DNA of 63,764 nucleotides, filler included. It is 7 parts of 7 records of this genome, joined end to end, with 100 filler letters (N's around TTAATTAATTAA, not from the genome) between each part and the next. Parts side by side here need not be neighbours in the genome. Positions count along the whole stretch, not along the records: positions 51,465 to 63,764 come from DRR723986_24991; 6 more parts are not named here. One strand, given 5' to 3'. Position 1 is the first letter of the stretch; every line of letters begins with the position of its first letter. The notes under the pieces are model-generated. The model made no database searches, had not been told where the DNA came from, and was given only the letters and a program-made list of their open reading frames with translations. A program made the translations under genes and the position numbers. This document shows positions 55,883-63,764 of the stretch, piece by piece.

Positions 55883-56248
55883 CTATTCCAATTTATTCTT
55901 GTTCTCCTCCGCCTCCAGTTTAGCAAGATATTCATCCATGGACATTCCAGATTTTGCAAAACCTTCCAGAGTGTCAAAAAACAGGTGATTGAGTTCGATG
56001 TTTTGCGCTCTAACTTCCTTCCAGGGTTCGGAGAAAATGACAATCTTGTATGCCAGATGTTTACGAATGCCAAAGAGTTTACCTAAGAAATAGACGGTGG
56101 ATTGTTGGCTGTGCCCGGCACGTTTTAATACCTCGATCATCGAGCTAACAAACGTGATTTTCTCGGGTTCATCTGAGCTATTGATTACATCTTTCAACGT
56201 ATCGAGGCACGGATCATACCGGTCGAATGAATTAGATTTGTCGCTCAT
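55883..56248 (-). CDS. Hypothetical protein
   Basis: Clean 121-aa ORF 8 nt downstream of a co-oriented gene. Confidence 0.65.
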   Translation of the reverse strand: MSDKSNSFDRYDPCLDTLKDVINSSDEPEKITFVSSMIEVLKRAGHSQQSTVYFLGKLFGIRKHLAYKIVIFSEPWKEVRAQNIELNHLFFDTLEGFAKSGMSMDEYLAKLEAEENKNKLE

Positions 56249-56256
56249 TGTTACTA

Positions 56257-56790
56257 CTAGTTTAGTTTATTTGAGTTTCCACTTACGAGATTCGCCCTAT
56301 GGAGTTTTTCAAAATAATTCTTGGGAGACTTAACAAACTCATACGCTTTGGACTGTAGAATTGCATCCATTAGAACGGCCTCATTCACCGGGGCAATTAT
56401 TGTTGATTCAGAATAAACCACTCCATAATCGAGCTTACCGCATATGTCAACAATGCCAGCTAGAAACTGTTTGGAGATTGCTCCAACATCAATCCTAATC
56501 GAAAGACTATCAATGAAGTCATTTTCGATGAACATCACAATTTGATTCCCGTCATCTGTTCCCCAGAAAATTGCTTTGTCCGACCACCCCTTATACTCGT
56601 AAATTTTGGCCTTCCGATTCAGTAGGCAAGAGTTCACTATTGCCCGCACCGCATCGGCACTTTGTTTTTTCCTACTCCACAAGTCGGAGGTCTCGCATAG
56701 TTCTCCGAGAGGCCTTTTAGAAGTTTGGTCCATTTCTTCATTGGGCCTTTCAATTGGCACAATCTCGACACTGAACTGCCAGGTAGCCAT
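56257..56790 (-). CDS. Hypothetical protein (MATWQF-type)
   Basis: AAGGAG RBS; W...WG..DGN.I...IRID pattern. Confidence 0.7.
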   Translation of the reverse strand: MATWQFSVEIVPIERPNEEMDQTSKRPLGELCETSDLWSRKKQSADAVRAIVNSCLLNRKAKIYEYKGWSDKAIFWGTDDGNQIVMFIENDFIDSLSIRIDVGAISKQFLAGIVDICGKLDYGVVYSESTIIAPVNEAVLMDAILQSKAYEFVKSPKNYFEKLHRANLVSGNSNKLN

Positions 56791-57041
56791 TGAACACTCC
56801 TTTCGGTCCGAAGATTAAGAAAGTCATTTCGAAGCCACATTCTGGAATTGAATCATTCTATTGATCAAGCTTATTGTAAAAAACGTTTATGCAAAATATC
56901 AAAAAGCATGTTAGTACGGCTGCACACCTACCACAATTTGACCAGACAATTTATGACGATTGGCTCTATGGATCTTTTACGTTAAATTGAAGCTCCAAAT
57001 GCAATAGGACAAAGTAGAGGTCCGGGACAGGGTGAAACTCA

Positions 57042-57947
57042 ATGATTCAAGTGCGGTGTGACATATGTTTAATCGTAGAGGTTCCACTCAATGAGAGCCT
57101 TAAAGTAGATGGGCTGCGGTACTGTCCCGATTGCCTTGATCATACATTCGCTTCGATTGATGAATTCGACGGCCATGAAGTAGAACAGGAAATAGATCCG
57201 ACAACCTGCGCACTTTGTGACAATGATAACGGGCAAGATCCACACCCTTCTATAGATGAAGTTCCTTTGTGTCAAGAATGCCTAAAAAATGCGCACGACA
57301 AACAAATTCCCGCTTGGGTTAAGGGCATGTTGGTTGGCATACTGGTGTTGGTGGTTTGTGCCGTTATATATAACTACCGTTTCTACCAGGCCTACTCTGA
57401 ATTTGCCGAATACGATGAATCTATTAGTAAAGGCGAAACAGAAAGCGCGATTGCAGCACTTGAAAAGGCCTATACACTTGTTCCCGAGTCGTCCAAACTC
57501 GCAATTCTTCTGAGTGACGCCTATTCTTTAAGACAAGCAAAGTCTGAAATTCCGACTCGTTCAACTGAAAGCTCTGCAAATTCATCTGCCCCAGTAGCAA
57601 AAGGTGAATCTGCGGAGTACATTATTCGAGCGGACAGCGCTATAGTGGCTGGGGATTACGAATCATTTTTGGGGCAGAGTAAACTGGAACTCCGGCAAGA
57701 TCCGCGCAATCCACAACGGATTATTATTCTTGCATCAGCATACGCTTGTATGCAGGCATCAACTCGCAAGATCGCATATGCAGACAGTAGTCGCGTTTAC
57801 ATGCGGCGTGCATTGGCACTTGCGCCTGGGGATCAATCCCTGCGTAGTTTTGCCAATCAAATTGAATTCCGCTTGTATTCAAACAGAATTCTAACGAGCC
57901 CAGCGTTTCGAAAGAAGTTCCCCAATGGCTGGAAAGTAATTCCCTGA
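57042..57947 (+). CDS. Zn-finger (four CxxC) - TM - TPR-like membrane protein
   Basis: CDIC, CPDC, CALC, CQEC; one TM; AIAALEKA...PES and RRALALAPGD TPR-like helices. Confidence 0.7.
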   Translation: MIQVRCDICLIVEVPLNESLKVDGLRYCPDCLDHTFASIDEFDGHEVEQEIDPTTCALCDNDNGQDPHPSIDEVPLCQECLKNAHDKQIPAWVKGMLVGILVLVVCAVIYNYRFYQAYSEFAEYDESISKGETESAIAALEKAYTLVPESSKLAILLSDAYSLRQAKSEIPTRSTESSANSSAPVAKGESAEYIIRADSAIVAGDYESFLGQSKLELRQDPRNPQRIIILASAYACMQASTRKIAYADSSRVYMRRALALAPGDQSLRSFANQIEFRLYSNRILTSPAFRKKFPNGWKVIP

Positions 57948-57954
57948 GAGCACG

Positions 57955-58482
57955 ATGTTAGTAGCCAGACAAGCTATTTCCTTTTTAACATTTCCGGGTA
58001 CAGTGGTTCACGAAGCGGCACATGTGTACTTTTGCAAGCTGTGCAACTTGCCGATTCTCGACGTTCGGTACATCGCAATGGGCAACTTCGATACTGGCTA
58101 TGTTCTGCACGCTGAAACTGATAATTTCACGTCGATATTTTTGATTACATTCGGACCTTTTCTCCTGAGTTCACTGTTGTGTTTTTTAGTTTGTTTACCT
58201 GCCTATCTGCCTTTTAGCTTCTTTGATGCCGGCCAACCCTTGTCGTATGTTCTGGTCTACCTTGGTGTTGCAATTGGTATGCACGCCATTCCGCCGCATT
58301 CTGAATCACACCAGGTTTGGGCAAAGGCACTTAGTGAAGTCAAGCGCGGTCATATTCTGGCAATCCTATCGCTCCCGTTTTTGATTCTGTTTTACTTTAT
58401 TAATCTTTTGCGGATAGTGTTTGCACATACCTTCTATGGAGTGGCAATTGGACTTGGGATCCCGATGTTAATCTGGGGCTGA
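57955..58482 (+). CDS. Membrane zinc metalloprotease-like protein (HExxH; M50-like/DUF3267)
   Basis: FPGTVVHEAAH, GYV.H, GP, several TM helices. Confidence 0.75.
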   Translation: MLVARQAISFLTFPGTVVHEAAHVYFCKLCNLPILDVRYIAMGNFDTGYVLHAETDNFTSIFLITFGPFLLSSLLCFLVCLPAYLPFSFFDAGQPLSYVLVYLGVAIGMHAIPPHSESHQVWAKALSEVKRGHILAILSLPFLILFYFINLLRIVFAHTFYGVAIGLGIPMLIWG

Positions 58483-58572
58483 GCAGGTGGCTTTCTGTTA
58501 AATCATGATTGACTCTCAAGCGTCCAGGTTTTTACGACCTTGTCACAAGACTTCAAACTAATCAACTCGTCC

Positions 58573-58627
58573 CCCCCAACCCAACAACTAACAAGAAGCT
58601 CAAAAAGCGTACCGCAGGTAAACGCGC
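58573..58627. repeat. Second copy of the dispersed REP-like element
   Basis: CCCCCAACCCAACAACTAACAAGAAGCTCAAAAAGCGTACCGCAGGTAAACGCGC. Confidence 0.8.
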
Positions 58628-58776
58628 CCCAAATCACAAGGGGTTAAACCATAAACCGCCAGACACCAGGCCCCAATGACTGAGACTGGAATCCAGCGGC
58701 AAACTCTTAAACACGATATCGTCTATTCGAGAACTTCAATTCGAGAGCCCCTAAACTGCAAGCAAATTTGCAAGCC

Positions 58777-59706
58777 TCACTCCGATGCGGCGGGCTTTTG
58801 ATCACCAAGATGCGGGATGTCCGGATTCGGAGTTAAGAGTTTAATATCAAATGCGTCAAATGTTAAAGACTCAATTTTGATCATGTGCAGATAGTCCTCC
58901 TCTGCGCTGTCCTCCACTGAATTGCAAATTGATTGCTGGAAGGCGACCGTGATGCCGTCAATTGTGCGGAAGTCCGAATAGAAGTTGGCGGCCGAAACAA
59001 AGTCGAATTGATCGCGCACGGTGTACTCAACGAGTTCAACTAAACCCGACTCTTTGTTAACCCACAAGATATATTGATCGTTCTCCGAGTGTGGTTCAGC
59101 CTTGCCCCAGGTGGCATATACCAAATCGTAATCCTTGTTGTTTAACTGTTTGCTGCCTGCATAACTCATGATTGGCGCACTTAATATTCGGAAAGGTAGC
59201 TCCGTAAAGTACTGCTCTGCGGGCAAAATAAATTCGATCATGTCGTCCTCCTCAAACACTAAACCCTCATCAGGCGTGATCTTGTAGGCTTGCCAGGACT
59301 GCAGCCCCCAGATTGTGCCCTGCCTGTCACCTTCCAGAAACTCCACGCGCGCGTTAAAGGTACCGTTCTGAAATTGGAAGCGAATTTTATCCTCGTTGTC
59401 CCAGGGCACCAGCCCCGCCAGCGATGCCAAAAAACTGTCCCAATCGTCGCGCATTATGATTTCCGTCGTCTGGTGTTTACGCCAATTGTTAAGTCCATGC
59501 CGCTGCGCCGCGGCCTCCAAAATTGTGCGTCCCTTCAGTGCCAAATCCGTAGAAATTCCACTTTCCTCAATTTGACTTGTGCGCAAATCGGCCGTAGCAC
59601 ATGCCGTAAAAAGTGCCCCGGAGAGCAACAAAACCAGCAGGTTTAAAACAATCTGCCGGACTTGCAGCCCGCGTAGATGCTGATGTTCCCGTTCTTTTTG
59701 ATGCAT
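58777..59706 (-). CDS. Putative lipoprotein (DUF6503-like/LolA-like fold)
   Basis: Lipobox FTAC, AQRHGL..W, YFTELPF, DQYILWVN, FRTIDGI. Confidence 0.65.
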   Translation of the reverse strand: MHQKEREHQHLRGLQVRQIVLNLLVLLLSGALFTACATADLRTSQIEESGISTDLALKGRTILEAAAQRHGLNNWRKHQTTEIIMRDDWDSFLASLAGLVPWDNEDKIRFQFQNGTFNARVEFLEGDRQGTIWGLQSWQAYKITPDEGLVFEEDDMIEFILPAEQYFTELPFRILSAPIMSYAGSKQLNNKDYDLVYATWGKAEPHSENDQYILWVNKESGLVELVEYTVRDQFDFVSAANFYSDFRTIDGITVAFQQSICNSVEDSAEEDYLHMIKIESLTFDAFDIKLLTPNPDIPHLGDQKPAASE

Positions 59707-59734
59707 AAGTATCTTCCAATGAGTGTTGATTGAA

Positions 59735-59754
59735 ATAGTTGACCGGTTGACTAT
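59735..59754. promoter_or_regulatory. Candidate TetR operator upstream of the lipoprotein gene
   Basis: Imperfect palindrome ATAGTTGACCGGTTGACTAT containing the TTGACC half-site. Confidence 0.55.
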
Positions 59755-59910
59755 ACATTGGCTAAAAATTTGGGCCAGTTGCAGTATCCACCACGATTGG
59801 CCCTGTTTTGCTGTTAAATTGTTAATTCGTACAAGTTGAAGCCAGGTGCTAAATCGGCAGCGAATAACACACTTTTTAGGCACACCACAGACGAGCGTGA
59901 ACTTAAACAG

Positions 59911-60519
59911 CTACGCAGCCAGACCCGTAATTAACTTAATTCCGTTGCGCGCATACGTTCGCAGCAGTTTCGGATCATTTTTAGTTTTAGCAATCAGGAA
60001 AGCGCCCTCCCAATAGGCAAAAAGCATGCGCGCCGTGGTCTCTACGTCCAGTTGCAGCTTAAGTGAACCGTCGTCAACTGCCTGCTGCAGGGCGCCACGA
60101 ATGTAGTTAACATGTAGGTCCAGGAAGTGTTCAACGGATTCGCGAATCTCAGGACTCTGGGTGCTGACTTCAATTCCAAGGTTTCCAAAGGGGCAGCCGG
60201 GCACAAAACCATTTTTATTGCAGTACTCCACCTGTATGCCGCCGACATATTCAAAAAGTTTGGCAATACGCGCCAGCGGCGCCAGCGTTGTATCGTTAAA
60301 AATGGGTTTACAGACCGTTTCGTCCGTGTGTTTCCACCAGGTCTCAATCGCGGCGATGGCCAGATCCTGCTTGCGCTCAAAGAAGTGATAAAAACTGCCT
60401 TTATTGACGCCGGCACGCGCACACAGCGCAGCCACACCCACCGAGTTGTAGCCGTTATGCCAGATCAACTCCATCGCAACCTCTATCAGGCGCTCACGCG
60501 CATCACTCGTCCTACCCAT
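59911..60519 (-). CDS. TetR-family regulator (NemR-like)
   Basis: GYNSVGVAALCARAGVNKGSFYHFF HTH; GCPFGNL motif. Confidence 0.93.
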   Translation of the reverse strand: MGRTSDARERLIEVAMELIWHNGYNSVGVAALCARAGVNKGSFYHFFERKQDLAIAAIETWWKHTDETVCKPIFNDTTLAPLARIAKLFEYVGGIQVEYCNKNGFVPGCPFGNLGIEVSTQSPEIRESVEHFLDLHVNYIRGALQQAVDDGSLKLQLDVETTARMLFAYWEGAFLIAKTKNDPKLLRTYARNGIKLITGLAA

Positions 60520-60558
60520 TCCGCTGACCCATTGTTGGCTTAAATGTGCTCGTTTTTC

Positions 60559-60574
60559 TTGACCACACGGTCAA
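60559..60574. promoter_or_regulatory. Candidate TetR auto-operator TTGACC-N4-GGTCAA
   Basis: Perfect 6-4-6 inverted repeat 40 nt upstream of the tetR start; resembles the NemR box geometry. Confidence 0.7.
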
Positions 60575-60873
60575 ATATAGAATTTTGTTGTAATGCTGCC
60601 AAATTTTTTTGAGTTATCTCCTCAAAACCTGGCTTTCTGTTTGGGAATTTGTGCTAATGCAGATTTTTGAATTGAGGGAAAACCTACTCTCATTATCGTA
60701 CGAATCAATTCGATTTGACCGTGTGTTTTAACAAGCTGATGCACTCAGCGGCTTCAGTGAGTTTAAGATTAAACACCAGCACATTGGCTGAGTTGTTGGC
60801 ACCCCAGGTCTGACTGGCATTCCTGGGCTGTGCATTAAAACGCATGTTTAAAATGTATCAGTTCGGTCAGTTT

Positions 60874-60921
60874 AAACAATAAACACCCTGCCGCCGAGGA
60901 ATCTACTTCGGCAGCAAGGTG
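60874..60921 (-). terminator. Rho-independent terminator
   Basis: Minus-strand stem CACCTTGCTGCCGAAG...CCTCGGCGGCAGGGTG followed by TTTATTGTTT. Confidence 0.65.
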
Positions 60922-60975
60922 CGAGTCATGCGTAACATGTCAATCAACTTAACATGTTTAACTACTAACGAGCTA

Positions 60976-61434
60976 TTATTCAGTTGCAGCTGGACAAGGG
61001 AAAACGCGTACGGAATTCACCGGACGGCCACCTTCTTCTCCAATCTGAAACTCAATTTCTACGCAGAAGCCACCGTCCTGGGCGCGCTTTAATTCTTCCA
61101 GCATCGCATCGGTTAACTCCGATGGGTGGTAGAAGTAATTTGTTAATGGCGTTGGCTCACCTGGCTTCGGTGCTTGCCCCGTGGCGGTTGACTCAATACA
61201 AACCTGTGTGGTTCCATCGCGATTTGTTTTAATACTGCCGATGCGTCCAGCGATGGTGTACACTTCTTTATCGGCAACCTGAGCCCAAAATGATTCCTGA
61301 ATTTTTGGGTCGATATTAGCGCGTTCAAACATTTCACAAATGATATTGGTTGGCACACCGGTGAAAGCCTGAAACTTCGAAATCACGCGGTCCGGAGCAG
61401 GTACTTCCGGCACCGCATTTTGGGTATGAGACAT
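60976..61434 (-). CDS. Hypothetical protein (possible OB-fold C-terminus)
   Basis: GGAGG RBS before ATG 61434; beta-rich C-terminal half. Confidence 0.65.
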   Translation of the reverse strand: MSHTQNAVPEVPAPDRVISKFQAFTGVPTNIICEMFERANIDPKIQESFWAQVADKEVYTIAGRIGSIKTNRDGTTQVCIESTATGQAPKPGEPTPLTNYFYHPSELTDAMLEELKRAQDGGFCVEIEFQIGEEGGRPVNSVRVFPCPAATE

Positions 61435-62047
61435 GGTAGTCCTCCAAAAATTGATGAGTAGGTATAAAATACAGTTAGACACCACATTGGCGAATGCGGC
61501 TTGGTATCTTAACGGTAAATGCAATAAGAGCTAACAGTCAATGACATTCAGCCGAACAAAGAGCAGGTGCATGTGGTGCCCGATGTTTGGCGTGGAATAA
61601 ACATACATTTAAACACAAGACAATGCAACTTATTTTTGCATCTAAATTGTAGCACTCAGTTGAATTAACATATTCGCGACTCCGTCTACTAAAGCGCCTC
61701 CCGGATTTTTAGCGTGTTTTTGCGCAAAAGTGGCCATTATTTAAAACTCCTGCCAGATCTCTGCGCCCCCTTCACCAGGTTCGGTGGCTTGTTCTTTTTG
61801 AGGATTTTGTTTGTCTCTGGGTCGGTAGCCGGAAGTCATTCAGTCTGTTTGAAGTTTTTGACACTCTGAGTTTGATTGCACACACTGCCGGCGGCGGCGC
61901 ATTCGAACAGCTCAAATGTTAGCAAGATTTTCTAAATTTAATTTGATCCGGGCAAACAGGGTACCGGCAATCAGTCGCGGGACCGCGTCAGATTGTCTTC
62001 GCGCAGTCAACCTTCCAATCATCTTTGAATACATACAGACAAACACT

Positions 62048-63562
62048 ATGACTAAAGAGCAGAGCCGCAGGAATTTCATTCGTTTGTTGGTCCTGGGCGG
62101 AGCAAGTCTGTACCTGCCCGCCTGCACAGATACTCCCAAGGACGTCACTCATGACACCGAAGAGGTTGGCCCAACACGAGCCACTGAAACTCCGGCACCC
62201 GACTCAACAACCGTAGAGCAAAAAGTCCAGGAGATTATCGAAGTTTGGGACACGGATGAAGTCGCTTTCCTGAAACAGGATCACCAGGATTTCGCGCGCT
62301 ATCAAGTTCGATTTAACAAGGATGTTGTGCACACTCCACTTGTGATTGCACTCTGTTACTCAACCGCAGGTGTTGTCAGAGCAGTCAAAATTGCACAACA
62401 GGAAGGCCTTAAGGTTGCGATCAAAAGCGGCGGGCATTCTTTTGAAGGTTTTTCATCAAACGATAATGGTCTGGTGATTGACCTTAGTTTTATGAATGCA
62501 ATCACGTGGGACAATGATAATGCGACAATTCAACCCGGCTGCACGCTGTCGCAACTATACGATGAACTCCTGCCTAAGAATAGATTAATTCCGGCCGGCT
62601 CCTGCGGCGGAGTTGGAGTTGGCGGCTTAACACTTGGCGGTGGTTACGGGTTCTTCAGCCGCAAGTTCGGCCTGACCTGCGACAATCTACTGGGTTTAAC
62701 AATGGTCGATGCTGGCGGGCAGGTCCACGAAGTTGATGGAGAAAGTGAATTGCTCTGGGCCTGCAGAGGCGGCGGCAACGGCAACTTTGGAGTTATCACA
62801 GAGTTTAAGTTTAAAACACATCCGGCACCCAAGACTTTCCAGAGTCATCGTTTTAAGGCATACAAGTTAACACCCGACCGCGCCAAACTGCTGCTCGAAG
62901 AATGGTTCCTATTTAGCAAGGACTTGCCTGATACATGTTTCTCGGCATTTGTGTTAAACGGCAAAACTTTAACACTTTTAATTACCAACTATGCGGAGCA
63001 CCTTGCCGACCTGCAAAAGATGCTCGACAGATTCACGGAGTTGTGCGACAAGAGTACGATCGGCACACATGTGACTCTGGCACGCGCGCTCAAAGTCTAC
63101 TACGGTCGTCAGGATCCCTTGTACTTCAAGAACGCTTCGGCCGGCCTTTACCAGTCTTTCGGCGATATTGCGGGCTGCATAGACATAGTTCTGGAGAAAG
63201 TGATTCAGTCTAAAGGTTTGATTTACCAGGTCAACACGCTGGGCGGCAAGATCACTGCAGCCGAGTTTGAAGCGCAGTCTTGTTATCCGCACAGGCAGCA
63301 GCTGTTTCTCTCGGAACTGCAGGCCTACTGGGAGCGCGACGCGCATGGCACGTTACTCAAAGAGCGCTTTGCCGAAGTACAAACGATTTTCGCTAACCAT
63401 GGAATTGACAAGCAGTACCGCAATTACCCAAACCTGACCTTCTCCAACTGGCAGCAGGCGTATTACGGCAATAATTATGAGCGGCTGCAGCAGGTCAAAC
63501 AAAGATATGATCCGGGCGATCTGTTTCAACATCCGCAGAGCGTTTCTACTGTTTCGAGTTGA
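62048..63562 (+). CDS. Tat-exported FAD-linked oxidase (BBE/VAO family), probable lipoprotein
   Basis: SRRNFI Tat motif then LPAC; SGGHSFEG, AGSCGGVGVGG, LWACRGGG, C-terminal YRNY...YYG.NY.RL..VK..YDP. Confidence 0.92.
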   Translation: MTKEQSRRNFIRLLVLGGASLYLPACTDTPKDVTHDTEEVGPTRATETPAPDSTTVEQKVQEIIEVWDTDEVAFLKQDHQDFARYQVRFNKDVVHTPLVIALCYSTAGVVRAVKIAQQEGLKVAIKSGGHSFEGFSSNDNGLVIDLSFMNAITWDNDNATIQPGCTLSQLYDELLPKNRLIPAGSCGGVGVGGLTLGGGYGFFSRKFGLTCDNLLGLTMVDAGGQVHEVDGESELLWACRGGGNGNFGVITEFKFKTHPAPKTFQSHRFKAYKLTPDRAKLLLEEWFLFSKDLPDTCFSAFVLNGKTLTLLITNYAEHLADLQKMLDRFTELCDKSTIGTHVTLARALKVYYGRQDPLYFKNASAGLYQSFGDIAGCIDIVLEKVIQSKGLIYQVNTLGGKITAAEFEAQSCYPHRQQLFLSELQAYWERDAHGTLLKERFAEVQTIFANHGIDKQYRNYPNLTFSNWQQAYYGNNYERLQQVKQRYDPGDLFQHPQSVSTVSS

Positions 63563-63764
63563 GCGCGAAGTGGCTTGGGGGTGGTAACGGCTGTATTACT
63601 GTTGACCGGTCTGATTGGGTCGGGGGGCTGTAGAATCCCGGGTTTGAGATGGAGTGCGATGTGTCTTCAAGGGGCATGTGGTTTTGCCCTGGTGGTTTTT
63701 GTTGAATTTTGGCGTTTTGGTGGTTGTTTGGGAGGGGATTTGGGGTTAACGGGCACTGAAAGCT

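Noticed and set aside
61945-62000. GGCAAAC motif upstream of the oxidase as a c-di-GMP-I riboswitch
   Set aside because: Lacks the GNRA-capped stem and the downstream GCAAA element of that riboswitch.
1-63764. rRNA, tRNA, cas genes, integrases or intact transposases
   Set aside because: None recognisable by eye in any fragment.

Overview
The window joins seven unrelated sequence fragments with six identical 100-nt artificial linkers (N-run/TTAATTAATTAA/N-run), so gene neighbourhoods are only meaningful within a fragment. (1) 1-12542, Rhodobacteraceae-like: an XRE-cupin-regulated catabolic operon (FAD oxidoreductase, TRAP transporter, M81/MlrC peptidase, alpha/beta hydrolase), then an iron-regulated hemP-imelysin-porin-di-haem oxidoreductase operon. 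(2) 12643-20965, Rhodobacteraceae-like exopolysaccharide cluster ending in four 20-bp palindromes at an exact 24-bp period. (3) 21066-27541, alphaproteobacterial putrescine uptake/catabolism locus (potF/potG, two gamma-glutamyl ligases, GntR, aminotransferase). (4) 27642-36602: rel/spoT, a fused 2-oxoacid dehydrogenase E1 and an acyl-CoA carboxylase beta subunit. (5) 36703-43394, Planctomycete-like: DUF1592/DUF1552 pair, a SUMF1/FGE gene carrying in-frame REP repeats, and a nucleotidyltransferase-HD fusion. (6) 43495-51364, accessory island with a coupled two-gene candidate anti-phage module (wHTH/SBD-like-HNH-HIT plus SRA-HNH) and a GIY-YIG fusion. (7) 51465-63764: an orphan, strongly degenerate 37-bp-repeat CRISPR-like array without cas genes, a run of immunity-like genes (SUKH, YwqG-like), a TetR module and a Tat-exported FAD-linked oxidase. 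The best leads are the HNH-HIT/SRA-HNH pair, the cryptic CRISPR-like array, the periodic palindrome array and the in-frame REP insertion. All family and taxon assignments come from motif recognition by eye; no searches were run.
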